A DNA stretch of 64,000 bases from a virus. Below the pieces are notes generated by a model that saw nothing but the letters and a program-made list of their open reading frames with translations, ran no database searches and was not told where the DNA came from. Shown one piece after another: positions 9,020 through 19,813 of the stretch. The first letter of the stretch is position 1. Every line of letters starts with the position of its first letter. Position numbers and translations under genes: made by a program. The stretch is taken from positions 1-64,000 of the IMG/VR virus record IMGVR_UViG_3300042673_002211. One strand, written 5' to 3'.

Positions 9020-11449
9020 ATGGATGATACTACTCAAATAATAAAAAATATTAAAGATCTTCTTAAGACATTAGGACCTGAAGGTGAAGGTTACCAAGGT
9101 CAATTAGATGCTTTAAACCAAAGTAAAACTAATACTAAAGTTGCAGCCTATAATCAACTCTTAAAGGATGTTCGAAACACTGTAAGAGAGTTAAACAATG
9201 ATTTAAAATTTACTTATGATTCTTGGACTAGTATTATAAATGAAGTTACTAAAGCTAACGTAATATTAGGCAATACTAAAAAAGGTTTTAGGGAGTTTCA
9301 AAATATCTCTAACCAGTTGTTATATAGCCAAGAAAATATAACAAAGACTTCTGAAAAAGAAATTCAAAATCTTCAAAAAAGATCTGAAAAAAGTAAAATT
9401 CTTTTAGAACAGCAACAAAGACTATTACAATCTCAAAGAGTTAAAACAGATGAAGAAAAAGCAGCTTTAATTAATTTAAAAGGAGTTTTAAAAGAAAATG
9501 TAGGTGAAGTTGCAAAAACTAATCAAGCTTTAGAAAGTCAATTATTAGATTTAAAAGCTATTAATGCTACTATAGGATTAACTGGTGCTATATTAAAAGG
9601 TATTGGTAATATCCCAGGCCTAAGTAAAATAGGCAATATGCTTAAAGTTGATGATGCTGTAGACTCAATGCGTGAGTATGCAGCCGAACAACTTAATCTA
9701 GAAAAAAATACAGATGAGTATCAAAAGAAATTAGCTAGAATAAATAAAGAACTAGAAAATACTGGGTCTCCCGCGAAGCAAAGAAGATTAATTCAAGAAA
9801 GAGAAGATTTAGAACAAGAGGCTCGTAATAAATCTTTAAATTTTGTTACTAAATTAAATACAGCTTATGTAGGTATTAGTAAGTTAATTGGAGGTTTTAG
9901 TAAAGCTTTAGTTGATCCTCTAACAATATTTACTGCTTTAGCTAAACAAGCCGGAAAAATTGATGAAGAATTAGTTGGATTCCAAAAGAATTTAATGCTT
10001 TCTCGCTCAGAAGCTATAACTCTTCGAAAGGAATTATTACAAGCTGCAAGAGCTACTGGTTCTAATTTAATTAACACTAGTGATTTAGCTAAAGCTCAAT
10101 CCAATCTTAATGAATTATTAGGAGTTCAAGGTAAAATTGATGCTGATAATTTAGTTGTTCAAACTAGACTTACTAAACTAGTAGGCATCCAGGCTACTGA
10201 GGCAGCTCAATTACAATTTTTTGCTGAAGCTACCGGAGAAGATTTTGATCAACAATATACCGCTCAATTAAAAACTACCCAAGAAGTTAGTAAACAATTT
10301 GGGGTGCAAATCAACCAAAGAAAAGTATTAGAAGAAGTTGGTAAACAGGGTGCTTTTGCTCTAGCTCAATTTAGAGGTTCCGTACCAGCATTAACAGAAG
10401 CTGTAGCTAAAGCTACTGCTTTAGGTACCTCATTAGGTGCAGTAAATCAAGTAGCTAGTTCTTTACTTAACTTTGAAGATTCAATTTCTAAAGAATTAGA
10501 AGCTGAATTATTAATTGGTAGAGAAATTAACCTAGAAAGAGCTCGTTATTTTGCTTTAACTAATGATATCAATGGTTTAATGGATGAGCTTAATAATGAA
10601 ATGGGTACATTCAGTGATTTCCAGGGTATGAATGTTATCCAGCAACAAGCATTAGCTGAATCATTAGGAATGAACGTAGGTCAATTAAGTGAAATGCTAT
10701 TAAAGCAGGAATACTTAAATGAACAAGGTGAAATAATTAAAGATGTAACAGACGAGGAACTAAGAAATAGACTTGAATCTTTATCTACCCAAACAAAGTT
10801 TAACCTAGCTATAGAAAAAATGCAAGGTTTAATAGGAGATTTAGTCCAGGGTCCCCTAGGTCATTTTATGAATATAATGGGTGCTATTTTAGAAAACTCA
10901 GTAGCTTTAGGTGCAATTTTAGGAGTTATAGCTACAGTACAAATAGCTAAAATGGTTAGTGGATTTGCTCAAGCCGCTATTGGACTTAGGGCAATGGCTA
11001 CGGCTGCTAAAGGTACAGCTATTGCTAATGCTGCAGCCTATGCTATTGCTAATCCTTTTAAAGCTCTTGCGGGTTTGGCTGTTGCTGGTATTGCTATAGG
11101 GGGCATTGCTGGGTTAATAGCAGGTGCTATCGGAAACGATATTCCAGGTGCTCAATTTGGCGCTGAGGTAACCGAACCTGGTTTTATTAAAGTAGGTGAA
11201 GTTGGTCCTGAAATTGTTCACCTTCCCGAAGGAGCAAAAACCACACCATTAAATGTAGCTGAACGTGGTGATCTAAGAGCTACTGCTACTCAAGTTGCCC
11301 CATTAGACTTAAAACCAATGTTGGATGAATTAAAGAGTCTTAGAGAAGGATTTAATCGCCTCCCCTTAGCTATATCAAACATTAAGATGGTTACAGATAT
11401 GAATCGCCTAGAGATAGGTAGAATGACAAATGGTGCACAAGTCCAATAA
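9020..11449 (+). CDS. tape measure protein
   Basis: Long helical Ala/Leu/Gln-rich protein with hydrophobic C-terminal segments and a VGEVGPEIV motif; position after chaperone. Confidence 0.85.
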   Translation: MDDTTQIIKNIKDLLKTLGPEGEGYQGQLDALNQSKTNTKVAAYNQLLKDVRNTVRELNNDLKFTYDSWTSIINEVTKANVILGNTKKGFREFQNISNQLLYSQENITKTSEKEIQNLQKRSEKSKILLEQQQRLLQSQRVKTDEEKAALINLKGVLKENVGEVAKTNQALESQLLDLKAINATIGLTGAILKGIGNIPGLSKIGNMLKVDDAVDSMREYAAEQLNLEKNTDEYQKKLARINKELENTGSPAKQRRLIQEREDLEQEARNKSLNFVTKLNTAYVGISKLIGGFSKALVDPLTIFTALAKQAGKIDEELVGFQKNLMLSRSEAITLRKELLQAARATGSNLINTSDLAKAQSNLNELLGVQGKIDADNLVVQTRLTKLVGIQATEAAQLQFFAEATGEDFDQQYTAQLKTTQEVSKQFGVQINQRKVLEEVGKQGAFALAQFRGSVPALTEAVAKATALGTSLGAVNQVASSLLNFEDSISKELEAELLIGREINLERARYFALTNDINGLMDELNNEMGTFSDFQGMNVIQQQALAESLGMNVGQLSEMLLKQEYLNEQGEIIKDVTDEELRNRLESLSTQTKFNLAIEKMQGLIGDLVQGPLGHFMNIMGAILENSVALGAILGVIATVQIAKMVSGFAQAAIGLRAMATAAKGTAIANAAAYAIANPFKALAGLAVAGIAIGGIAGLIAGAIGNDIPGAQFGAEVTEPGFIKVGEVGPEIVHLPEGAKTTPLNVAERGDLRATATQVAPLDLKPMLDELKSLREGFNRLPLAISNIKMVTDMNRLEIGRMTNGAQVQ

Positions 11450-11489
11450 AGGTTAATATTTATAATCAAAACCCTAAATCAATTTAGAT

Positions 11490-11819
11490 ATGTCATTATT
11501 AAATAAACTCCAATCACAAGGTTCAGATTTAACTTTCTGGGATGGTACTACACCTCCACCCCTTAAGAATACTGAAAAAACCCAAACTCAAATGCACTGG
11601 GCGGGTCCCACTGCAGCCACTGATGGTTATTCATTAGATGGTAGCCCTAACCTACAAATCCAAAAGTCAGATTACTTTAGGTACGATGGTCCACAAAAAG
11701 CAGCTACAATTGTTTTACCACCACCTTCACAATTAGACTTTTCTAATGGTGAATTAACCTCAGATAGATATAAATTAGGAGCTCCCGAAGGTAGAGGATT
11801 CTTAGTAAGCGGACTTTAA
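11490..11819 (+). CDS. hypothetical protein (probably structural)
   Basis: ORF with ATATTTATA at 11456-11464 upstream, inside the tail module. Confidence 0.6.
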   Translation: MSLLNKLQSQGSDLTFWDGTTPPPLKNTEKTQTQMHWAGPTAATDGYSLDGSPNLQIQKSDYFRYDGPQKAATIVLPPPSQLDFSNGELTSDRYKLGAPEGRGFLVSGL

Positions 11820-11837
11820 TAGTCTTAATGGTTAAGT

Positions 11838-13985
11838 ATGCCTTTAATAACCTCAACGACTAATCTTAAGTCTCTAAAGTATGAAACATACACCCAAGCC
11901 CCTTATGTAATTACACAAATTCCTGATGAACCTGAAAGTAACGGTTATCAGTTAATTAGTGGATTACCTCCTTTAGGTGGTGTTGGTGGTAATGTTACAG
12001 ACTTTTTTAGGGGTGGATTTGGTCTTCCTAGAGCTGTAATTCAGGATGAGGTTAGGATAGGTAAATTCTTAACATCCCCTCAAGGTCTTTTATTTATAGG
12101 AAAACAACAACTTTTGTCTCGTATTGGAGTTCGAGAACAAAACACAGTTGGTCCTTTAAATGATGGTTTATATAATCCTTTAAGTACACTAGCAAGTGTA
12201 GCCGGTATAGGTGTTGGGGCGTATTTTGAAAAACAAACTCAAAGAACTTATTTAGAAAAATTACAACCCGAATTCACAGCCGGTGATGATGGGGCAGAAG
12301 ATTATAATACAAATAGATTAGTACAACTACGTAATAGTAAAATTTTAACGGGTGTTGCCACTAATAATAGATCTCTTACGATTTCACCTTCAAATAATGA
12401 AATTTTATCATATACGGGTGGTCCCGGTGCTGAATTAGGTATAGGTAATACTGTTATAGGATTTGCTGGAAATCCTGGTGGGGGTTATTTAAGAACAGGT
12501 ATTAATAACAATAATGTTAAAAAATATCTATATGTTGCAGAACCCAATCCTGCATCCCCTGATTTAATATCTGCACTTTCAAGACTACAAAATTTACTTA
12601 TAGACGGAAAAGATACTAATAGTCAATCTTCCCTTTTATTTAATCCTGAATCAAAAGCATTAATCAAAACTCCTCCTGTTCTTAATTTAAGTAGAATAGT
12701 AGGTAATTATGGTGTTAGTAAACAATATGTTTTAAAAAAAGATACAAAATCAAGTATTTCAATTTTTAATGATCTTGAAAATGGAATAAATGTATTTGAT
12801 GGTTCACAAAATGTAACTAATGATAAACCATATAATAATAGAGCTACAGATGGTACCCCTAGTGGTGTATTAACTTACACTCAAGACCAACTTATTCAAG
12901 CAGGGAATAATACTCCTAATATACCTTCTACAACAACAGGTTACTCAACTTATGGAGCTAAGTTAAGAGATTTTAGACAAGAATTATATGCTTCTTTAAA
13001 AACAGAAAATGGTAGACGTATTTCCAATACTATATCGGCTGCCCCTGACTATACTGAAAAAAATATTGAAAAACGAGTCAATTTAGGAAATCCAGGCAGC
13101 CCCGCTTATAATAGATTTGATTATAGTAAAGGTATAGATTATAGCAATAATGGTAAAGGTATAAATGCTCTTGATACTATTACAGCATTCCCTATTTATA
13201 GGTCTACTAATGTTGATCCTAAACAGACTGATGTTGGGGGCCCTTTAAATGATTTAGTTAAATTTAGAATAGCTGCTATAAACAATGATAATCCTTCCTT
13301 AAAGGATTTTATGCATTTTAGAGCATTCTTAAACTCTTTTATAGATAATTATAACCCAGAATGGAATTCTATTTCTTATGTAGGTAGAGGTGATAAACTT
13401 TATACTTACTCTGGATTCACACGCCAAGTTACCTTATCTTGGACCATTGTAGCCCAATCAGTCCAGGAATTATTACCAATGTATAAAAAACTAAATTACT
13501 TAGCCTCTAATACTATGCCTGACTACAGCTCAGCAGGTTATATGAGAGGACCTTTAGTTGAATTAACTGTTGGAGCTTATTTATTTGACCAACCTGGCTT
13601 TATAAATAGTTTAACTTATACCGCTAATCTTGATGCGGGGTGGGAAATTGGTATAGGATCAGATGGTGAGAGTGCACAAACTACTGATTCAAACACTGAT
13701 TCTAACCCAGGAATATTTGAATTACCTAAAATGATAGATGTTTCAATGACCTTCACTCCAATCCCAGAATTTTTAGCTAGGAAACCTAAAGGAGTTTTCT
13801 TACCGTTCGATGCTTCACTAGATGAACAAAAAGATATTAAAGAATTTTCAGCAGCTAATAAGAGAGATGTTAACTTTTTACCACCGATAAATGCTGGATT
13901 AACAAACAATGAGGGATATTTAGTTCAACAAACTGAAAACTATATAGCGGTAACAAGAAAGGGTGACACATTTAGAAACTACTAA
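11838..13985 (+). CDS. baseplate / tail tube initiator-like structural protein
   Basis: C-terminal FRAFLNSFIDNYNPEWNSISYVGRGDKLYTYSGFTR...LPKMIDVSMTFTPI tube-fold-like region; context. Confidence 0.6.
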   Translation: MPLITSTTNLKSLKYETYTQAPYVITQIPDEPESNGYQLISGLPPLGGVGGNVTDFFRGGFGLPRAVIQDEVRIGKFLTSPQGLLFIGKQQLLSRIGVREQNTVGPLNDGLYNPLSTLASVAGIGVGAYFEKQTQRTYLEKLQPEFTAGDDGAEDYNTNRLVQLRNSKILTGVATNNRSLTISPSNNEILSYTGGPGAELGIGNTVIGFAGNPGGGYLRTGINNNNVKKYLYVAEPNPASPDLISALSRLQNLLIDGKDTNSQSSLLFNPESKALIKTPPVLNLSRIVGNYGVSKQYVLKKDTKSSISIFNDLENGINVFDGSQNVTNDKPYNNRATDGTPSGVLTYTQDQLIQAGNNTPNIPSTTTGYSTYGAKLRDFRQELYASLKTENGRRISNTISAAPDYTEKNIEKRVNLGNPGSPAYNRFDYSKGIDYSNNGKGINALDTITAFPIYRSTNVDPKQTDVGGPLNDLVKFRIAAINNDNPSLKDFMHFRAFLNSFIDNYNPEWNSISYVGRGDKLYTYSGFTRQVTLSWTIVAQSVQELLPMYKKLNYLASNTMPDYSSAGYMRGPLVELTVGAYLFDQPGFINSLTYTANLDAGWEIGIGSDGESAQTTDSNTDSNPGIFELPKMIDVSMTFTPIPEFLARKPKGVFLPFDASLDEQKDIKEFSAANKRDVNFLPPINAGLTNNEGYLVQQTENYIAVTRKGDTFRNY

Positions 13986-13987
13986 AA

Positions 13988-14287
13988 ATGAATCGTTATC
14001 AAACTATCCCAACTACTAAAACTACCTCAGGTAGAACTATTTACCGAACAGTTAAATATCCTGAGATTCCTTTAAATCCAAATGACATTTATGTTATTGC
14101 CAATAAAGGAGATAGGTATGATATTTTAGCTAACCAATACTATAGCGACTCATCCCTATGGTGGGTTATCTCTACGGCCAATAATAATGTAATCCAAAAT
14201 AGCCTATACCTACCAGAAGGAACTCAAATCCGAATTCCCTCAGACGTTACTTTAGCAATAGATAATTTTGAAGTTATTAACTCATGA
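13988..14287 (+). CDS. LysM / tail X-like baseplate protein
   Basis: GDRYDILANQYYSDSSLWWVISTAN...GTQIRIP. Confidence 0.85.
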   Translation: MNRYQTIPTTKTTSGRTIYRTVKYPEIPLNPNDIYVIANKGDRYDILANQYYSDSSLWWVISTANNNVIQNSLYLPEGTQIRIPSDVTLAIDNFEVINS

Positions 14288-17200
14288 ATTTAATAGGTGA
14301 AAGTTTTGATGATTTTGTAGGGACTCAAGTTAATCTTAGACAAAAATTTTATGGGTCATCAACCACAGTTCTTGAAGGTAGAGAACAATATCTCTATAAT
14401 AAACAACCCTTTATTAAACTAGTCTCTAGTGTTAATATAGAAGCTGCAAAACTAAAAAAATTAGGTTTACCTGAAAGTTTAGCAGGTTCTAATTTAGCTA
14501 AATCTTTTGTATTATTTGCTGGTACTTCTGAATTTAAAGGCCTTAATAATGATGGTCAAGACCAATTTAGTTTTAAAGCAGGTTTAAATAATGATCAATC
14601 TATTTTAGGGGGTTCAGTTTATGGTTTAGGAGGCCTTGAATTTGGTCAAGTACCTATGCCTGGTATAACTTCAGCTACAGTCAGTTATAAAAACAGAGGT
14701 TCATTAAAAACTGCTACTATTAATGTTAAAGCTTATAACACAACTCAATTAAATATAATTGACGCTCTTTATTTAAGATTAGGTTACACTGTTTTATTAG
14801 AATGGGGGTGGGGAGCTAACTATTTAAATAATAAGGGTGAAGTAGTCCCTCAAATAAGAAGAACTTTAGCTAATGAATTTTTAGATGGTACATTAGATAG
14901 TGGAAATATTTTACCTGCAATTACAAGGAGTAGAAGAAATCTAAGTGGCAATTATGATGCTCTTTATGGTACAATAACTAATTTTAATTGGTCATTCAAT
15001 CCAGACGGCACTTATGATATTACTATAAGTTTGGTTAGTGTAGGCAATATTATTGAATCTTTAACTATAAATGATTATATTGGTAAAGGTAATCTTTTAA
15101 CCTCGGATGATTTTCAAGAAGTACTTGATAATGTTAAAAATCAATTAAGTAACCTTCCACAAAATAGATCTATTAATATTAACGGAACTCAAGTTCCAAT
15201 TACTGTAAATTTTCAATCTTATGGTGGAAGTTCTTATGGTGGGGGTGAATATGTAACTATAACTGATAATAATGGTAAACTCTTAGGCTCAGGCCCCTCT
15301 CTTACAGGTCGTTTTACATATGAGGATGAAGCAATCTCAGCCCTCATAACCCTAAATACAGGTTTAGTTTCTCAAACTGAAATAACTGGCTCAGAAATAG
15401 GAGTTGTAGGAGGTAATGCTGGGCTTAATTCTTTAACCTATTATTTATATAAAAACATCCAATTAGAGTTAGATAATCCTAATAAAGCTATAATTCTTTC
15501 AAAAAGAAAAGGACAAATTGATTCAGTATTATCTGTTTTAAAAGATGGTAGCACAACTTATGCTTGTAGAATTAATTGGGAAGGAAAAAGTGCAGTTAAC
15601 GATTATATAAAATTTAGAACACTATTAAGATGGATTCAAGATAATTTAATATATGATAATGTTAATGGTGCCAAAAAATCAAAAGCTATAACTTTTGATT
15701 TAAATGTAGGTGATAATCTTATTTATAAAAATAAATATTCTGTAGCTACTGATTTTACTAAAGTAGTTACTCGTAATATAGGTTATCCTGATTTAAATAC
15801 TGGAGAAAATACTTCAGATACTATTGATCTATTAAACCTTCCACCTGATGTTGAGTTTACTAGTGATAAAAACCCAAATGCGGGTAAATTAATGAATGTT
15901 TTTTTAAACTTAACTTGGTTAGTAGAAACTTTAAAATCTAATGTTGATGACGAAGGTAATATATCATTATTTAGGTTTTTGCAAGGTATATGTCAAGGTA
16001 TAAACTCATCTTTAGGGCATGTTAATAGTTTAGATGTAGTAGTGGATGAAGAAACTAACCAAATTAAATTTATTGATGATAAACCTATCCCCGGTATTCT
16101 AAAAGATTTTAATAAAAATACCACCCCAACTAAATTTCAAGTATATGCTTTTTCTCCAAATGGGGGTAATTTAAGTGGTAGTTTTGTTAGAGATTTTAGT
16201 ATTAGAACAGAGATAACTAATAAATTAGCAACTACTTTAGCAGTTGGAGCACAAGCATTAAATGCCGTTGTAACTGAAAATGCTACAGCTTTACAATCTT
16301 GGAATGAGGGTTTAACAGATAGAACCGCTAAAATTAAACAAGAGGCTACAGATGCCCCAAAATTAGCCTCAACAGAATTTGGAAAATTCAACGAGGCTGG
16401 GTTAAACCCAACTGCTTACTCAAAACTAACCTTATCCCAACAACAAGCTCTTTTACAATCTGTTCAACAAACTCTTCAACCCTCTTCATCTCAAACTGCA
16501 CTCGAAAAATACAAAAATGAGATAGTAGCTTTTGTTACACTACTTGAAAAATATGATGATAAAACTTTAAGTGTAGATGACCTTAGTCAACTAAATAACT
16601 TAAATAAAAACTGGCAAAAATTCTGGTCTCAAACAATAGCCGAAGCAGAACAAAAGGCATCACCCAATGGTGTTGGATTTATTCCTATTAACCTAAATTT
16701 AACAATGGATGGTTTATCAGGTATGAAAATTTACCAAACATTTATCATTGATAGTAAATTTTTACCCTTAAACTATCCCGAAAAACTCCAATTTCTAATT
16801 AAAGGTATTTCACATAATATTGATAGAAATAGTTGGACTACTCAAATTGAAACTTTTAGTATACCTAAAGAAATAACTTCAAATAGCTCACAGGGTACAC
16901 CAGAACCCCAAACCCCAGATACCACAAAAACTGAAAAAGAAATAGGATTCCAAATTAAAGAATCTAATATAAAATACGAAGATAAAGATTCAACTCGTAA
17001 ACCAATTAAAGAATTAACTTATAGTAATAATGCTATAATTTTAATTAAACGTTTTGAAGGACTTAGACTAGAAGCTTATAAACCAACTCCAAAAGATAGA
17101 TGGACTATTGGTTACGGTAGTACATTTTATAAAAATGGAAAAGCAGTTGGTCAAGGAGATAGGTTAGGTTCTGAAAAAGTAGCTACAGAACTTTTAAAAG

Positions 17201-17466
17201 TTTCACTTAATAAATTTGAAAATATTTTAAAAACTAACCTTTCAACAGTTAAACTTAATCAAAATGAGTTTGATGCTTTAACTGCTTTTAATTACAATTT
17301 AGGTCCTAAATGGTCTATAAACAGTGGTCTAAGAGATTTATTAGTAAGTAATAATTACACTGGGGCTGCTAATAAATTACTAGAATACAATACACAAGAT
17401 GGTGAAGTATTAAGAGGTCTAACTAGGCGTAGAAAAGCAGAAAGATTTTTATTTACCAAAATTTAA
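14284..17466 (+). CDS. baseplate hub protein with C-terminal GH24 lysozyme
   Basis: PMPGITSA...LRLGYTVLLEWGW hub-like N-terminus; C-terminal IKRFEGLRLEAY...WTIGYG...QNEFDALTAFNYNLG...GLTRRRKAE. Confidence 0.8.
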   Translation: MNLIGESFDDFVGTQVNLRQKFYGSSTTVLEGREQYLYNKQPFIKLVSSVNIEAAKLKKLGLPESLAGSNLAKSFVLFAGTSEFKGLNNDGQDQFSFKAGLNNDQSILGGSVYGLGGLEFGQVPMPGITSATVSYKNRGSLKTATINVKAYNTTQLNIIDALYLRLGYTVLLEWGWGANYLNNKGEVVPQIRRTLANEFLDGTLDSGNILPAITRSRRNLSGNYDALYGTITNFNWSFNPDGTYDITISLVSVGNIIESLTINDYIGKGNLLTSDDFQEVLDNVKNQLSNLPQNRSININGTQVPITVNFQSYGGSSYGGGEYVTITDNNGKLLGSGPSLTGRFTYEDEAISALITLNTGLVSQTEITGSEIGVVGGNAGLNSLTYYLYKNIQLELDNPNKAIILSKRKGQIDSVLSVLKDGSTTYACRINWEGKSAVNDYIKFRTLLRWIQDNLIYDNVNGAKKSKAITFDLNVGDNLIYKNKYSVATDFTKVVTRNIGYPDLNTGENTSDTIDLLNLPPDVEFTSDKNPNAGKLMNVFLNLTWLVETLKSNVDDEGNISLFRFLQGICQGINSSLGHVNSLDVVVDEETNQIKFIDDKPIPGILKDFNKNTTPTKFQVYAFSPNGGNLSGSFVRDFSIRTEITNKLATTLAVGAQALNAVVTENATALQSWNEGLTDRTAKIKQEATDAPKLASTEFGKFNEAGLNPTAYSKLTLSQQQALLQSVQQTLQPSSSQTALEKYKNEIVAFVTLLEKYDDKTLSVDDLSQLNNLNKNWQKFWSQTIAEAEQKASPNGVGFIPINLNLTMDGLSGMKIYQTFIIDSKFLPLNYPEKLQFLIKGISHNIDRNSWTTQIETFSIPKEITSNSSQGTPEPQTPDTTKTEKEIGFQIKESNIKYEDKDSTRKPIKELTYSNNAIILIKRFEGLRLEAYKPTPKDRWTIGYGSTFYKNGKAVGQGDRLGSEKVATELLKVSLNKFENILKTNLSTVKLNQNEFDALTAFNYNLGPKWSINSGLRDLLVSNNYTGAANKLLEYNTQDGEVLRGLTRRRKAERFLFTKI

Positions 17467-17471
17467 GTATT

Positions 17472-18092
17472 ATGGCTTTATATTACCCTCCTAATCAAAT
17501 AAAACCTAATTTATTCGCCAATAGTGGTGAATTTGTATTTTCTTCTAATACTTTACCATTTAGTGGTTCATATCACCAACTATCAAATGGTAGATACTAT
17601 ACCGGAGCTTTACATTCAAATGATAGTTTGGAAATTATCCCTATTACTTCTCTAACTCAACCTAGTAGTATATCAAATAATCCTAGAGTTAATGTTACTT
17701 TAGTGGTAATAGATGATACAAATACTGTAAATAATACTTATTCTAGATTAACTAACCAAAATACTTCACCCAAAGAACTTCCAGTTAACCTTCAAAACTT
17801 ACCAACCCTACAAGATTACCAGATAGGAGAATTTACAAGATATTTTGCTAAAAAAATTAACCAAGACCTCTATATTGAGTTTACCCAAGATTTATATGAT
17901 AGGTTAATTTCTCAAAATCCTTCAATATATTACGAACAATATACAGCATTTAAACTTCCTTGGAGATTAATAGGAGATAAACAACAAGTAGCTCGTACTA
18001 ATAAAAACATAGTAGATTTAACATCTCAACAATTTAATTTATCTAAATTTGGAAGATACCTAAAGGATGATTACCTTAAGTACTACAAATAA
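17472..18092 (+). CDS. hypothetical protein (tail/baseplate region)
   Basis: ORF track; PTLQDYQIGEFTRYF region; context. Confidence 0.6.
   Translation: MALYYPPNQIKPNLFANSGEFVFSSNTLPFSGSYHQLSNGRYYTGALHSNDSLEIIPITSLTQPSSISNNPRVNVTLVVIDDTNTVNNTYSRLTNQNTSPKELPVNLQNLPTLQDYQIGEFTRYFAKKINQDLYIEFTQDLYDRLISQNPSIYYEQYTAFKLPWRLIGDKQQVARTNKNIVDLTSQQFNLSKFGRYLKDDYLKYYK
18049..18079 (+). promoter_or_regulatory. TTG-N20-TA host-type promoter upstream of PolA-like gene
   Basis: TTGG at 18049, TACCTTAA at 18072, same spacing as the other sites of this class. Confidence 0.55.
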
Positions 18093-18103
18093 AGGGTAAA
18101 TAA

Positions 18104-19372
18104 GTGTTTTGGTTAATAGAAAATAAAGGTCAACTAGAGGAGTTTTGCTATAAGGGTTTTAAAGAAGCGTTTGTGGAGATAATCCCATACTCTCCATTTA
18201 TTCACCCAATCCAAAATTCCATCTGTGCTATCTACATCCGTCCAATAAGGGATGTAAAGGGGTATTTGCTACCCATTTTTCACACAGAGGTAGAAGAAAA
18301 TTTATTTGAGGATAAGGTATTTAAGTTTATAAAGGGGTTAGATAAAATATATTGTAGGGATAAAAAAGAATTTCTCCATTATTTTCCTCTTAAGCAGCTT
18401 ATTGACATAACCCTATCCTCCACTACGTATATACAACCCACTTCGGCTCACGAATTTATATATAGAAAATACCATGATAGACCGGATGTAAACATATTAG
18501 TTCCAATAGTTAAACATTATGAATATTGTGAATCTATTTTTGAGGAATTAGAGCATTTGATAGATGAGCCTGTTAACGAGTTTTATAATCATAAAGTAAG
18601 TTGGATGCTATACGGTATTGAGCAAGCGGGATTAACCGTTGATACCGCGCTATACGAGCAGTACTTTGAGCAAAGCACGGAGGGCGTGGTCTATACTCAA
18701 TATAACTTTAAAACGCTAACAACACGCCCATCAAATACATTCAATAAAATAAATTATGCCGCACTTAGTAAAGAGAACGGGTGTAGGAAAGCTTTTATCC
18801 CGCGTAATTCTTCGCTTGTTGAGCTCGATATTGCAGCTTATCATCCTACTTTGTTGGCTAAGTTGGTTGATTATGATTTTGGTAATGAGGATATTTATAG
18901 TCACTTTTCGCAAATTTACGGATTGGATAGACAAAATGCGAAAATTCTAACCCTACAACAACTATATGGGGGGATTTTACCACAATATGAGGAGCTTGAA
19001 TTTTTTAAAAAGGTAAAAGTATATGTAGATGATTTATGGGAGGTGTTCAATAACTCTGGGCAAGTTATCGTGCCAATTTCAGGATATTGCTTTAAAAAGG
19101 ATAAGCTGGAAAACATGAACCCACAAAAACTGTTAAATTATTTGATTCAAAACTTGGAGACAGCATATAACGTTAATATATTGTGGGAAGTATTCAAGAT
19201 ATTAAAAGATAAAAAAACTAAACTTGTATTATATACATTTGATTCGTTTTTGTTTGATTGGAGCGACGATGAGCGCGAAGTTTTAACAGAGATTCAAAAA
19301 GTATTTAAAAAGTATAAATTAAACATAAAAGTTGCGCATGGAACCAGTTATGACTTTCGACCTACCATATGA
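18104..19372 (+). CDS. short divergent family A DNA polymerase-like protein
   Basis: TTRPSN, RKAFIP, motif A ELDIAAYHP, motif B RQNAKILTLQQLYG, NYLIQ, motif C LYTFDSFLFD. Confidence 0.75.
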   Translation: MFWLIENKGQLEEFCYKGFKEAFVEIIPYSPFIHPIQNSICAIYIRPIRDVKGYLLPIFHTEVEENLFEDKVFKFIKGLDKIYCRDKKEFLHYFPLKQLIDITLSSTTYIQPTSAHEFIYRKYHDRPDVNILVPIVKHYEYCESIFEELEHLIDEPVNEFYNHKVSWMLYGIEQAGLTVDTALYEQYFEQSTEGVVYTQYNFKTLTTRPSNTFNKINYAALSKENGCRKAFIPRNSSLVELDIAAYHPTLLAKLVDYDFGNEDIYSHFSQIYGLDRQNAKILTLQQLYGGILPQYEELEFFKKVKVYVDDLWEVFNNSGQVIVPISGYCFKKDKLENMNPQKLLNYLIQNLETAYNVNILWEVFKILKDKKTKLVLYTFDSFLFDWSDDEREVLTEIQKVFKKYKLNIKVAHGTSYDFRPTI

Positions 19373-19796
19373 TATTTATGGGGTAGACAACCCCATAAAC
19401 TTCACAGATTTGAATAATAAGTTATTTTGTACATTTACCACATTAGAAGGTGTAAATGATTTGGTAGACTCTATTCAAAGAAGTTATACTGTAATGTACA
19501 GTAAGATATTTGTATTAGAGGTTAAAAATAACAATGAGTATGTTTTAACGTACAACATTGAGATGGCTAACATAGCTAGTATCCCAGAAAACACGATTTT
19601 GGTTCATCGTAAAAAAGAATCAAACACTCTATATACAATTAACGCCCTGAACGAGCTTATTAAAAGCTTAAATGGTGGGGTGGTAGATACGCGTTTCCAG
19701 ATTGACTGGCAACACTATAAAAACACCATTTTGCTAACTCAACAAAACGAGTTAAAGCAGCTAAGAACTAAAATCCACGAGATTATTGAACTGTAG
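19350..19796 (+). CDS. hypothetical protein
   Basis: ORF track 19332..19796; start uncertain (ATG 19350 or TTG 19410). Confidence 0.65.
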   Translation: MTFDLPYDIYGVDNPINFTDLNNKLFCTFTTLEGVNDLVDSIQRSYTVMYSKIFVLEVKNNNEYVLTYNIEMANIASIPENTILVHRKKESNTLYTINALNELIKSLNGGVVDTRFQIDWQHYKNTILLTQQNELKQLRTKIHEIIEL

Positions 19797-19813
19797 TAAA
19801 AATTTGTATATTT

